From NCBI RefSeq assembly GCF_000015145.1, contig NC_008818.1:1440001-1472000 (forward strand): a DNA stretch of 32,000 bases, read 5' to 3'. How positions within the stretch are numbered: the stretch's first letter is position 1; each line of letters opens with the position of its first letter. The notes beneath the pieces are model-generated. The model did not search any database and was not told the origin of the DNA. It saw only the letters and a list, made by a program, of their open reading frames with translations. The position numbers and the translations under genes were made by a program. This document shows, in pieces, positions 16,432-24,510 of this stretch. Origin of the DNA: Hyperthermus butylicus DSM 5456 (GTDB lineage Archaea; Thermoproteota; Thermoprotei_A; Sulfolobales; Pyrodictiaceae).

Positions 16432-16989
16432 ATGCCCAGGCAGCCTAGGGGTGCAGTATAGGCTTGCAAGAGTGGAAGCCCGTCGTACATGACGAGTTTA
16501 CCGGAGAGACGAGATGAAGGCTGAGAAGGGACTGGTTCGGTACTATTGAGGTTGACGATGGGAGAGCGTTACTGTGTACCGGTCCAAGCGAAGCTTTGTA
16601 CTATTCTAATGCAGAGATTGCCAATGGAGAGTTTGATTAGCTGCCCTGAGAGCCCTCGTCGTCATTGAACTCGCGCCAGCATGACCGGGCTTCACTATGG
16701 CAGTATGGGGATTGGCTTCTGGAGAGGTATAAGGCTGTGGATGCTCCTCTCAACAATAGCCAAGCCCTTGGTACCAATAAATATCGTCTCCACCAGGCCT
16801 GTCATGCTTGATATAGAGCTGCAAGAGAGGCATGTGTACCGTGTAGAATACATCGGTGATAGAGCGAGATTCCTAATTGACGGCAGGCTTGTTGCCGAGC
16901 TGCCTGCAAGGCCTGGTAGAATGAGGGCTTATGCTTGGATAGACAGTGTCGTCTTCATGGCCGGGGCGGGATGCTGTGATGGTCTATAG
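16432..16989 (+). pseudogene. decayed gene for a ConA-like lectin/glucanase (DUF1080/LamG-like) jelly-roll protein
   Basis: TTATAAT box (16404-16410) sits 25 nt before the ATG at 16432. The reading frame then breaks: frame 1 to frame 3 near 16450, in-frame TGA 16515-16517, TAG 16638-16640, TGA 16647-16649, and back to frame 1 near 16670. Conceptual product: EWKPVVHDEFTGE..DWF..IEVDDGRALLCTGPSEALYYSNAEIANGEF..HYGSMGIGFW..HVYRVEYIGDRARFLIDGRLVAEL. Confidence 0.45.
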
Positions 16990-17057
16990 GCATGTCACGC
17001 AGAAGGTTCGCGAAAGGGTGTGCCTGGAGCTGGACTGGGCAAAGATATACGTCCGGG

Positions 17058-18515
17058 CTAAGCCAGGCCTAGCTTTTCTAGCACTTTTGCAGCTTCCTCC
17101 TCTACCTGGGGGTCGGGCTCGACTTCCTCTGGCCAAGCCTTCCCCCCATACTCCTCGGGGAGCTTCCTGGTTGCATCTATGCCTAGCTTGCTGCCGTAGC
17201 CTGGTACTGGGGTTGCTGGGTCTAGCTGGTCTGTATGGGTGCCAGGTACCACTACGACGTCGCGCTGGGGGTCCACGTGCGCTGCTACCGCCCATAGCAC
17301 CTGGTTGAGATCGTGAACGTTTATGTCCTCGTCAACCACTATGATTATCTTGGTTAGCGCCATCTGGCCTAGGCCCCACAGGGCCATCATGACCTTCTTT
17401 GCCTGGCCCGGGTAGGTCTTCCTTATCGAGACTATCGCTACGCCCTGGAAGACTCCGTACTCCGGCATGTTTATGTCTACTACTTCTGGGAGTAGGGTAC
17501 GGATTACTGGTAGGAATATCCTCTCGACAGCCTTGCCTATATAGGCGTCCTCTAGCACTGGCTTACCCACAACCGTGCCCACATACACCGGGTTGCTTCG
17601 GATCCACATCCTCTCCACGGTCATTACGGGGAACTTCTCCGTGGGCTTGTCATAGTAGCCCCAGTGGTCGCCAAAGGGGCCCTCCTCGGAAAGCCTGCCG
17701 GGCTCCACGTAGCCCTCCAGGACTAGCTCCGAGGATGCTGGGACAGGGACGCCATTGGGCAGCCGGTATACCTCTACGCCGCGGCCAGCCATGACACCAG
17801 CGAAGAGCAGCTTGTCGAGCGGATAGGGTACCGGCATGACGCCCGCCAGCATTGCAGCCGGGTCCGAGCCCACCACCACTGCTACGGGTAGGGGCTCGCC
17901 ACGCTTCGCGGCTTCAAGATATGCATGGCGTCCCCTCTTGTGGAGCTGCCAGTGGATAACCAGCTCCCGCGGCGGCCTGAGCATCACCCGGTACACGCCT
18001 ATGTTCGTTACACCAGTGGCGGGATCTACTGTGTAGACTTGGCCAAAGGTTATGTAGCGGCCTCCGTCGCGTGGCCAGGACTTAAACGCTGGTATCGACG
18101 ATACATCAACCTTCTCACCCTCAACGACTGTTTCCTGGAAGGCTGCACGGCGCACCAGCCGTGGCGTATAACGACCCAGATCCATTACCTCCTTTAGGCT
18201 GCGCAGCTTACCTCCAAGGGTCATCGGCGGCTGGCGCCAGGCCTGGGAGACGAGCCTCCACCCTATCTCCTCAAGGTTCTCCACGCCAAGGGCTAGCTTT
18301 ATCCTCTCCAAGGAGCCGAATATGTTGCCCGCAACACGCCAGCCAGGGTAACCCTTTACGTTCTCGAAGAGGAGAGCTGGGCCACGCCGCTCCATAACCC
18401 GGCGGAGCACCGCAGGTATTTCAAGCACCGGGCTTAGCGGCTCCCGGATCCTGCGCAGCTCTCCCCTCTCCTCGAGCACCTCGAGGAATTCCCGGAGGTC
18501 ACGTGGAGCCTGCAC
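17058..18515 (-). CDS. UbiD-family (prFMN-dependent) decarboxylase
   Basis: Full-length UbiD-like sequence: DLREFLEVLEERGELRRI, NIGVYRVML..IHWQLHKRGRHAYLE, GPFGDHWGYY. GTG start 6 nt after the upstream ABC ATPase stop. Confidence 0.9.
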   Translation of the reverse strand: MQAPRDLREFLEVLEERGELRRIREPLSPVLEIPAVLRRVMERRGPALLFENVKGYPGWRVAGNIFGSLERIKLALGVENLEEIGWRLVSQAWRQPPMTLGGKLRSLKEVMDLGRYTPRLVRRAAFQETVVEGEKVDVSSIPAFKSWPRDGGRYITFGQVYTVDPATGVTNIGVYRVMLRPPRELVIHWQLHKRGRHAYLEAAKRGEPLPVAVVVGSDPAAMLAGVMPVPYPLDKLLFAGVMAGRGVEVYRLPNGVPVPASSELVLEGYVEPGRLSEEGPFGDHWGYYDKPTEKFPVMTVERMWIRSNPVYVGTVVGKPVLEDAYIGKAVERIFLPVIRTLLPEVVDINMPEYGVFQGVAIVSIRKTYPGQAKKVMMALWGLGQMALTKIIIVVDEDINVHDLNQVLWAVAAHVDPQRDVVVVPGTHTDQLDPATPVPGYGSKLGIDATRKLPEEYGGKAWPEEVEPDPQVEEEAAKVLEKLGLA

Positions 18516-18521
18516 AGCCCT

Positions 18522-19238
18522 CTAGCCCTCCCTACGCCTCGCAGCCCTGCTCAGGGCCTCGTATAGAGCTGCTGGCCTCTCCCCCGGCGGCACATCTCGC
18601 AGATCAACTACTGCTTCGACCCGGGTCGGCGGGTTGGTGAGCACGTAGACGCGGTCAGCTATCCTAGATGCCTCGTCGAGGTTGTGGTCCACGAGTATCA
18701 CTGTCTTGCCGGAGGCTGCTATCCTCCTTATGGCTTCTCCGAGGCTCCTACGGGACTCCACGTCCAGGCCTGCTAGGGGCTCGTCTAGGAGGAGTATGTC
18801 GGGGCCAAGGACGAGCATCCTAGCTATGGCAGCTTTACGGGCTGTGCCCCCGCTAACCTCGCCAGGGTACTTGTCAAGATGCTCCACTATCCCCAGCATC
18901 CCTGCCACGGACTCCACAATCTCCATGGCTTTGCGGCGGGAAACGCCTCGGTATAGGAGGCCCAGGGCTATGTTGTCTCTTAGCCTCCTCCAGGGCAGGA
19001 GTAGGTTCTCCTGGAACACGAGGAGTACACGACCCTTCACAAAGACCCTGCCACGGTCGGGCTTCTCTAGCCCAGCGATTATCCTTAGAAGGGTTGTTTT
19101 GCCGCAGCCGTTGGGCCCGACGATACCCACTACCTCGCCCCGCCTAGCATAGACACTAACGCCCGCCAGCACGGTGATGCCATTGAAGCTCTTCCAGACA
19201 TCGGTAGCTTCTACTACTGTCTCGGCAGCGTCGCCCAA
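18522..19238 (-). CDS. ABC transporter ATP-binding protein (NitT/TauT family)
   Basis: Walker A GPNGCGKTT, signature VSGGTARKAAIARML, Walker B ILLLDEPLAGLD. Confidence 0.9.
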   Translation of the reverse strand: MGDAAETVVEATDVWKSFNGITVLAGVSVYARRGEVVGIVGPNGCGKTTLLRIIAGLEKPDRGRVFVKGRVLLVFQENLLLPWRRLRDNIALGLLYRGVSRRKAMEIVESVAGMLGIVEHLDKYPGEVSGGTARKAAIARMLVLGPDILLLDEPLAGLDVESRRSLGEAIRRIAASGKTVILVDHNLDEASRIADRVYVLTNPPTRVEAVVDLRDVPPGERPAALYEALSRAARRREG

Positions 19239-20020
19239 CGCTTTACACGCTCCTCAACCCTTTCGAGCACCAGCTTGTCCAGGAGCACCATTAGTGCTAC
19301 CAGGAGTAGGCCCCATGCAAAGACTCCCCGGGGCTCTGCCAGGCTATAGTACGTTGCTATCATGTAGCCTATGCCACCACTACTCCCAAACGCTTCTGCA
19401 ACAACGCTAATCCTAAGCGCAGCGCCAAGAGCTGCCCTGGCAGCACCTGCGAGCTGCGGCAGGAGGCTGGGCAGGAGGAAGTCCGTATAGGTGCGTAGCC
19501 TGCCCGCGCCCAGCATTGCTGCCAGCTCGTAGAGCCTAGGGTTTACCGATTCAAGGCCGGAGACTATGGCTGATAGGATTATGGGGAATGCTACGAGCCC
19601 TGCAACCGCTACTGGCGGGACTGGGCTGAGGACACCAAACAACATTACCAGGATGACTATCCAGACTAGCACCGATACACTCTGCACAACCGTGTTGAGA
19701 GCCCTGACCGCCTCCCTAGCAACTGGAGACAAGGTGTAGGCATAGCCTAGTAGCAGCGCTGCCGCCATGCCCGCTGCGAAGCCAAGCAACGTGCGGGATA
19801 GTGTTAGCCAGGTGCTCCACGCTATCCTCCAGAGTCCCTCCCCCGCAAGGAAGGCTAGGGCCTCGGCTGGGCTTGGGACCTGGCGGGGGTAAAGGATATG
19901 GGCTAAAAACCAGATTGAGCCGAGGCTGGCTAGGGCTATTAGCCAGCCTGCCAGAATGCCCCTTCTGCCAGCTGGTCGGGGCTTGAGGATATGTATCCTC
20001 CCCGTCTGGCCAGCTCCCAT
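19214..20020 (-). CDS. ABC transporter permease (NitT/TauT family, SsuC/TauC-like)
   Basis: EAA-loop YELAAMLGAGRLRTYTDFLLPSLLPQL. I prefer the ATG at 20020 (MGAGQTGRIH..). The longest ORF reaches 20092 but lies deep inside the SBP gene. Confidence 0.85.
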   Translation of the reverse strand: MGAGQTGRIHILKPRPAGRRGILAGWLIALASLGSIWFLAHILYPRQVPSPAEALAFLAGEGLWRIAWSTWLTLSRTLLGFAAGMAAALLLGYAYTLSPVAREAVRALNTVVQSVSVLVWIVILVMLFGVLSPVPPVAVAGLVAFPIILSAIVSGLESVNPRLYELAAMLGAGRLRTYTDFLLPSLLPQLAGAARAALGAALRISVVAEAFGSSGGIGYMIATYYSLAEPRGVFAWGLLLVALMVLLDKLVLERVEERVKRWATLPRQ

Positions 20021-21015
20021 ACCGCCAGTATGTTCTCCACCATAGGCTTTGACAGCGCCTCCGACTCCTCCATCTTCAGTCTCTGCCAGCAATACTCTGC
20101 AGCCTCCCGGCTCAGTCCATAGCCCTTAGCGAGAATGTCCACGGCTAGGCTCATATTGTTGTTCCAGGCGTGTGCAGCCTCGCTCCTTGCAGCCTGGAGG
20201 GCTTCGACGAGTTCTGGGTTTTCGCGTGCCCAGCTACCTCGGGCAGCATAGACAATCATTACGCCCTGGTCGCCGACGTGGCCCGGCCACTCCCTCCAGA
20301 GCTGCTCGTAGCTTACGAGTATCCTGCCACCATACTCCACCACAAGCTTCGAGACCAGGGGCTCCCAGAGAACAACAGCGTCAACGTCACCCCTCTCGAA
20401 GGCCTGCACAAGCTGTGGCGGCGGGGCGTCCACGAGTGTAAAGTACTCCTCAACGTCGATACCGTAGATAGCCTTCATGTAGGCCCTGAATATCGCGTAG
20501 GTACCGGTTGGCTTAAACACGCCTAGCCGAGCACCCTCCAGGTTCTCTATGGTCTCTGCCTCTACGCCAGGCCGCACGACTATAGCCTGGTTCTGGTAGA
20601 AGTCAACGGCTATTATCACTGCATCTGTGCCCTGCTCCCGGAGCTTGGCCACAAACTCTGCAGGTATAACAGCCACATCTATGTCTCCGCGCGCGAGCGC
20701 GTTTGCGAGATCTAGAGTCTTGGCGAAGTATAGTGTTTCAATCTGAAGGCAGTGCTTCTCATCCAGTCCCAAGGTCTCGATAACGTCTAGCGTTGATACC
20801 CCGCCGCGCAGCGTGCCAATACGAACCGTTTCAACCGCTGCGCAGTGCTGCTCCGCAGCTGTACTTGCCTGACCAGGCTGGCTGAGCTGTGTTCCACCAC
20901 CACCCCAGGAGACGAGGACAGCTGCAACAAGTGCGGCAGCTACCACTACCACGGCTACGGCAATGTACGCCCCGCGGCTCACGCTCGGCCACCCCCGGCA
21001 GCCCCGGTGCCCCAT
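19939..21015 (-). CDS. ABC transporter substrate-binding protein (NMT1/THI5-like, SsuA/TauA/ThiY type), N-terminally membrane-anchored
   Basis: N-terminal TM segment AYIAVAVVVVAAALVAAVLV. Type-II PBP pattern follows: GDIDVAVIP..LEGARLGVFKPTGTYAIFRAYM..ERGDVDAVVLWEP. Confidence 0.8.
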   Translation of the reverse strand: MGHRGCRGWPSVSRGAYIAVAVVVVAAALVAAVLVSWGGGGTQLSQPGQASTAAEQHCAAVETVRIGTLRGGVSTLDVIETLGLDEKHCLQIETLYFAKTLDLANALARGDIDVAVIPAEFVAKLREQGTDAVIIAVDFYQNQAIVVRPGVEAETIENLEGARLGVFKPTGTYAIFRAYMKAIYGIDVEEYFTLVDAPPPQLVQAFERGDVDAVVLWEPLVSKLVVEYGGRILVSYEQLWREWPGHVGDQGVMIVYAARGSWARENPELVEALQAARSEAAHAWNNNMSLAVDILAKGYGLSREAAEYCWQRLKMEESEALSKPMVENILAVWELARRGGYISSSPDQLAEGAFWQAG

Positions 21016-21036
21016 GGAGAGGCTAAAGGATGTAGC

Positions 21037-21606
21037 CTAAACGTTTCCCTTAACACTCCCACTCCTCCTGGCCAAGAGCCTGCCAGTCTTCTCAAACCCG
21101 CACCCCATCGTTTTGTCCTCGAGCCCTGGGAGGCTACAGCCCGCGACGAGCAAGGTGTAGGCAATAGCGTCCAACACCTCGCCGACAAGCTCCTCGTCGA
21201 GGAGCGGCTCGCCGTTAGCCTCGTGGAGCTCTATGCTCGGGTGCAGCCAGGCCCCGAGGGAGAGGTAGATGTGGAGGAGCCACCTCTTCCGGGAGCCATG
21301 CACGCCCCTCAGCTCCTTTATCATCGTTGCCGTGAAGCTTGCTGCAAACCTGCTCCTGTGCCGAATCCTTGCTAGCGCCTTTTCCCATTCGAGACCCTGA
21401 AGCCAGTAGTACGCGTATTGCACCGCCGCTTCGAAGGCTAGCCTTAATCTGGAGTAGAGGCAGAAGACGTCCCCGGCACCGTAGGCTCCTACTGCGCGCC
21501 TCAACGCTGTACACGCGAGCCCCGTAGCGCACTCCGAGCCACAGACAGCCTCCGCGAGGGCCTCGAGACAGCTCCCTGTAGGTCCGCCAGGAGGGGTACT
21601 ACTCAT
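21037..21606 (-). CDS. hypothetical alpha-helical protein (189 aa), first gene of the ABC/UbiD operon
   Basis: The ORF ends 21 nt upstream of the SBP start. Four Cys in the first 32 aa. No family recognised. Confidence 0.6.
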   Translation of the reverse strand: MSSTPPGGPTGSCLEALAEAVCGSECATGLACTALRRAVGAYGAGDVFCLYSRLRLAFEAAVQYAYYWLQGLEWEKALARIRHRSRFAASFTATMIKELRGVHGSRKRWLLHIYLSLGAWLHPSIELHEANGEPLLDEELVGEVLDAIAYTLLVAGCSLPGLEDKTMGCGFEKTGRLLARRSGSVKGNV

Positions 21607-21643
21607 TAGCCCTAGCCCAGAGCTATTGGAGATGGTTGGACTG

Positions 21644-21653
21644 GCCTATAGGC
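21644..21653. promoter_or_regulatory. 10-bp palindromic TATA-like element GCCTATAGGC in a 68-bp divergent spacer
   Basis: Centred ~26 nt from the iorA GTG at 21675 (leaderless geometry) and ~42 nt from the ATG at 21606 on the other strand. Confidence 0.35.
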
Positions 21654-21674
21654 TAGCCCCTCCCTGCCACGAGG

Positions 21675-23585
21675 GTGACGCAAGTATTGCATGGCTTGGC
21701 CTGCCCTGAGAATCCTTTGAAGGCACCGGCGGGCTGTCGCTACGCGCTCATGGGCAACGAGGCCATTGCACGGGGCGTGGTTGAGGCTGGAGCCTCGGTC
21801 GTGACGGGGTACCCGGGTACCCCTTCCTCCGAAGTTATTGAGACCCTGCAGAAGCTCGGCGATGGGCTTGACATCTACGTGGAGTGGGCTGTGAATGAGA
21901 GGGTGGCATTCGAGATAGCCTATGGCGCCGCCATAGGCGGCGCAAGAGCTATGGCCACGATGAAGGCGCCTGGTGCGAACGTCGCTGCAGACCCGATGAT
22001 ATCAGCAGCCTACGGAGGCGTTGACGGAGGCCTAGTAGTCCTCATAGCTGACGACCCCGGGCCACATACGACGCAGACCGAGCAGGATAACCGGTGGTTC
22101 GCGGAGCTGGCAAAACTGCCAATGATAACCCCCTCCACGCCGCAGGAGGCGAAGGACTTTACTGTTAAGGGGTTCGAGCTGAGCGAGATACTCGGCCTAC
22201 CAGTGCTCCTCCGCACTACCACTAGGGTAAACCATGCCGTTGGGGACGTTGTTACGGGACCCACTCGGGAGCCAGTAAGGTTCAAGCGGTTTGTTAGGCA
22301 GCCAGAGCGCTTCGTGAGAGCAGGCATGGCCTGGAATCTTGAGAGGCACCGGTGGCTAAACAGGACGCTGGCACAGACTGAGGATGCTGCAGAGAAGCTT
22401 GGGCTGAACATGGTGGAGGGGGGCGAGAACGCTGAGCTCTGCATCGTAACTGAGGGGGCCGCGTACAACTACGTTGTGGAGGCCCTGGAGAGGCTCGGCG
22501 CCCTGGAGAGGGTTAGGATTGTGAAGCTTGGCCTCCTCTACCCGGCGCCTCGCAAGCTGCTATCAAGCCAGCTGTCGCAGTGCCGCAGGGTGCTTGTGGT
22601 GGAGGAGCTTGACCCCTACGTGGAGCACGTGGTTAAGAGGGTTGCGTTCGACGAGGGGCTGAGGATTGAGGTTCTCGGCAAGGATGAGGGCTTATTGCCC
22701 CTCGAGGGCGAGCTGGATACTGCTAAGGTGCTAGCAGCCCTCGCCAAGCTGCTGGATGCTGAGCCCCCAGCGGTGGAGTCCGCGTCGCCGAGGAGGGAGG
22801 CTCCGCCGAGGCCTCCGCCGCTGTGTCCGGGCTGCCCCCACCGCTCCAGCTATCTCGCAATAATCCTCGGCATCCGGAGGGCCGGCTACCGGGTCGACGA
22901 GGTGCCAATCTTCGGCGATATTGGCTGCTACGCGCTGAGTGTGTATCCACCACTAAACGCTATATGGACCGAGCACAGCATGGGTGCGAGCATATCTATG
23001 GCTATGGGTCTCAAGCTGTCCGGGTACCCGAAACCTGTGGTTGCAACCATTGGCGACTCGACATTCTTCCATGCGGGGATACAGCCGCTGATAGAGGCTG
23101 TCCACAAGAGGGTAGACATGCTCGTGGTGATACTGGATAACGACGTCGTAGCTATGACGGGGCACCAGTCAACACCGGCCTGGACCAGGACCGAGACCGG
23201 CAGGCCAGCCAGGCCCGTGAACCTGGTAGACATAGTCAAGGCTATAGGTGTCGATAACCTTGCAGTTGTGGATCCATATGATGTTGACGGGATGGCTAGG
23301 GTTGTCGCGGAGTTTCTGAGGAAGCCCGGGGTAAACGTAATCATAGCAAAGCATCCATGTGCACTGCTCGAGGCTAGGCTGAAGGGCGTAGAGAAGGTCT
23401 ACACTGTGGTGCCGGAGAAGTGTACCAGCTGTATGGCTTGTGTGAAGGTTACGGGGTGCCCCGCACTCTACGTTACCGAGGACGGCAAGGTGGGGATAGT
23501 GGAGGAGGATTGTACTGGCTGTGGGCTCTGTGCCCGTTTCTGCCCCTACGGCGCCATAGTCGAGAAGCCAGCCGGTAGGAGGTGA
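21675..23585 (+). CDS. iorA: indolepyruvate:ferredoxin oxidoreductase, alpha subunit
   Basis: LMGNEAIARGVVEAG N-terminus and a TPP-binding region GDIGCY..GDSTFFHAG. C-terminal 2x[4Fe-4S]: CTSCMACVKVTGCP and CTGCGLCARFCP. Confidence 0.9.
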   Translation: MTQVLHGLACPENPLKAPAGCRYALMGNEAIARGVVEAGASVVTGYPGTPSSEVIETLQKLGDGLDIYVEWAVNERVAFEIAYGAAIGGARAMATMKAPGANVAADPMISAAYGGVDGGLVVLIADDPGPHTTQTEQDNRWFAELAKLPMITPSTPQEAKDFTVKGFELSEILGLPVLLRTTTRVNHAVGDVVTGPTREPVRFKRFVRQPERFVRAGMAWNLERHRWLNRTLAQTEDAAEKLGLNMVEGGENAELCIVTEGAAYNYVVEALERLGALERVRIVKLGLLYPAPRKLLSSQLSQCRRVLVVEELDPYVEHVVKRVAFDEGLRIEVLGKDEGLLPLEGELDTAKVLAALAKLLDAEPPAVESASPRREAPPRPPPLCPGCPHRSSYLAIILGIRRAGYRVDEVPIFGDIGCYALSVYPPLNAIWTEHSMGASISMAMGLKLSGYPKPVVATIGDSTFFHAGIQPLIEAVHKRVDMLVVILDNDVVAMTGHQSTPAWTRTETGRPARPVNLVDIVKAIGVDNLAVVDPYDVDGMARVVAEFLRKPGVNVIIAKHPCALLEARLKGVEKVYTVVPEKCTSCMACVKVTGCPALYVTEDGKVGIVEEDCTGCGLCARFCPYGAIVEKPAGRR

Positions 23586-23592
23586 GCCCGCC

Positions 23593-24201
23593 ATGGCCTG
23601 GAAGGTAAACATTCTCATAGCCTCTGTCGGGGGGCAGGGGGGACTTACGCTGTCCAGGGTTCTAGCAGCAGCTGCTGTCTACGCGGGGCTTAGCGTGAGA
23701 ACTGGCGAGACGCTAGGTATGTCCCAGAGGTTCGGCTCGGTAGTCAGCTACGTGCGGATCGGTGAGAGGGTTTACGCGCCGACCTTCCCACCGGGCGAGG
23801 CAGACTGCATGGTCGCCCTGGAGCTGACGGAGGCCGTTAGGAACCTGCACATGCTCCGGAGGAGCGGCCTACTAGTGGCAGCCGATACTGTGAAGCCGCC
23901 GGTGAGTGCTAGCCTCGACCAGACCCCCCACCCATCCAGGGGGGAGCTGCTGGCAGCACTGAGAGAGGCTGATGCGAGGCTCGTAGTTGTGCCGGCCCGG
24001 GAGCTGGCTCTGAGAACAGGGAACCCCCGGGCGGCAAATATGGTGCTGCTTGGTGTGCTCAACAAGCTTGCAGGCCTACTACCACACAGCGCCGTGGAGA
24101 AAGCTATCATCAACGTTCTGCGGGGCCGCCGCGGTGAAACTTCCGTCAAGGCTTACTGGCTCGGTGTAGACTATGCTGCAAGGCTGAGAGAATCATCCTA
24201 A
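23593..24201 (+). CDS. iorB: indolepyruvate:ferredoxin oxidoreductase, beta subunit
   Basis: NILIASVGGQGGLTLSRVL, the POR gamma-like domain. Starts 8 nt after iorA. Confidence 0.9.
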   Translation: MAWKVNILIASVGGQGGLTLSRVLAAAAVYAGLSVRTGETLGMSQRFGSVVSYVRIGERVYAPTFPPGEADCMVALELTEAVRNLHMLRRSGLLVAADTVKPPVSASLDQTPHPSRGELLAALREADARLVVVPARELALRTGNPRAANMVLLGVLNKLAGLLPHSAVEKAIINVLRGRRGETSVKAYWLGVDYAARLRESS

Positions 24202-24510
24202 AGCATGGAGGCTGTAACAGCTTCTCCCTGAGCCCAACCATAGCTATGACAATAGCCCTAAAGCCCTAATGCTATACAAGCCAGAGCCTCGATCCCATGA
24301 GCCATCACAGCTAAAGCCTTCAAGCCCCACTTACTAGTGGGCTCCTCCTCTATTGCTGAAGTAGCTAGCTACCACGAAACCGCAACCACCAGCAATTGAA
24401 AGCTATTGAGATTGATAGGCCCCTCCCTCTTAGCCAGAACTAAGCAGCATGCACGCCAAAGCCTAGCTAAAATACTCCTCATATAGGTACTCAGGATAGA
24501 ATGGCCTATA

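Noticed and set aside
16946-17308. ORFs 16946-17308 (+) and 16984-17295 (-) overlapping the UbiD 3' end
   Set aside because: Both have Arg/Pro/Gly/Ala-rich shadow composition and lie opposite to or out of frame with a confidently identified gene.
20021-20092. Longest-ORF start (20092) for the ABC permease
   Set aside because: It would add a Gly-rich 24-aa extension overlapping 154 nt of the SBP gene. The ATG at 20020 gives a normal short cytoplasmic N-terminus before TM1.
21037-21606. Possible HEPN Rx4-6H motif (RKRWLLH) in the 189-aa protein, which could have paired with the NTase at 13241
   Set aside because: A single short pattern match in a helical protein is not evidence. The NTase gene is 7 kb away on the other strand, and the spacing differs from the RNxxxHxY of DUF86-type HEPN.
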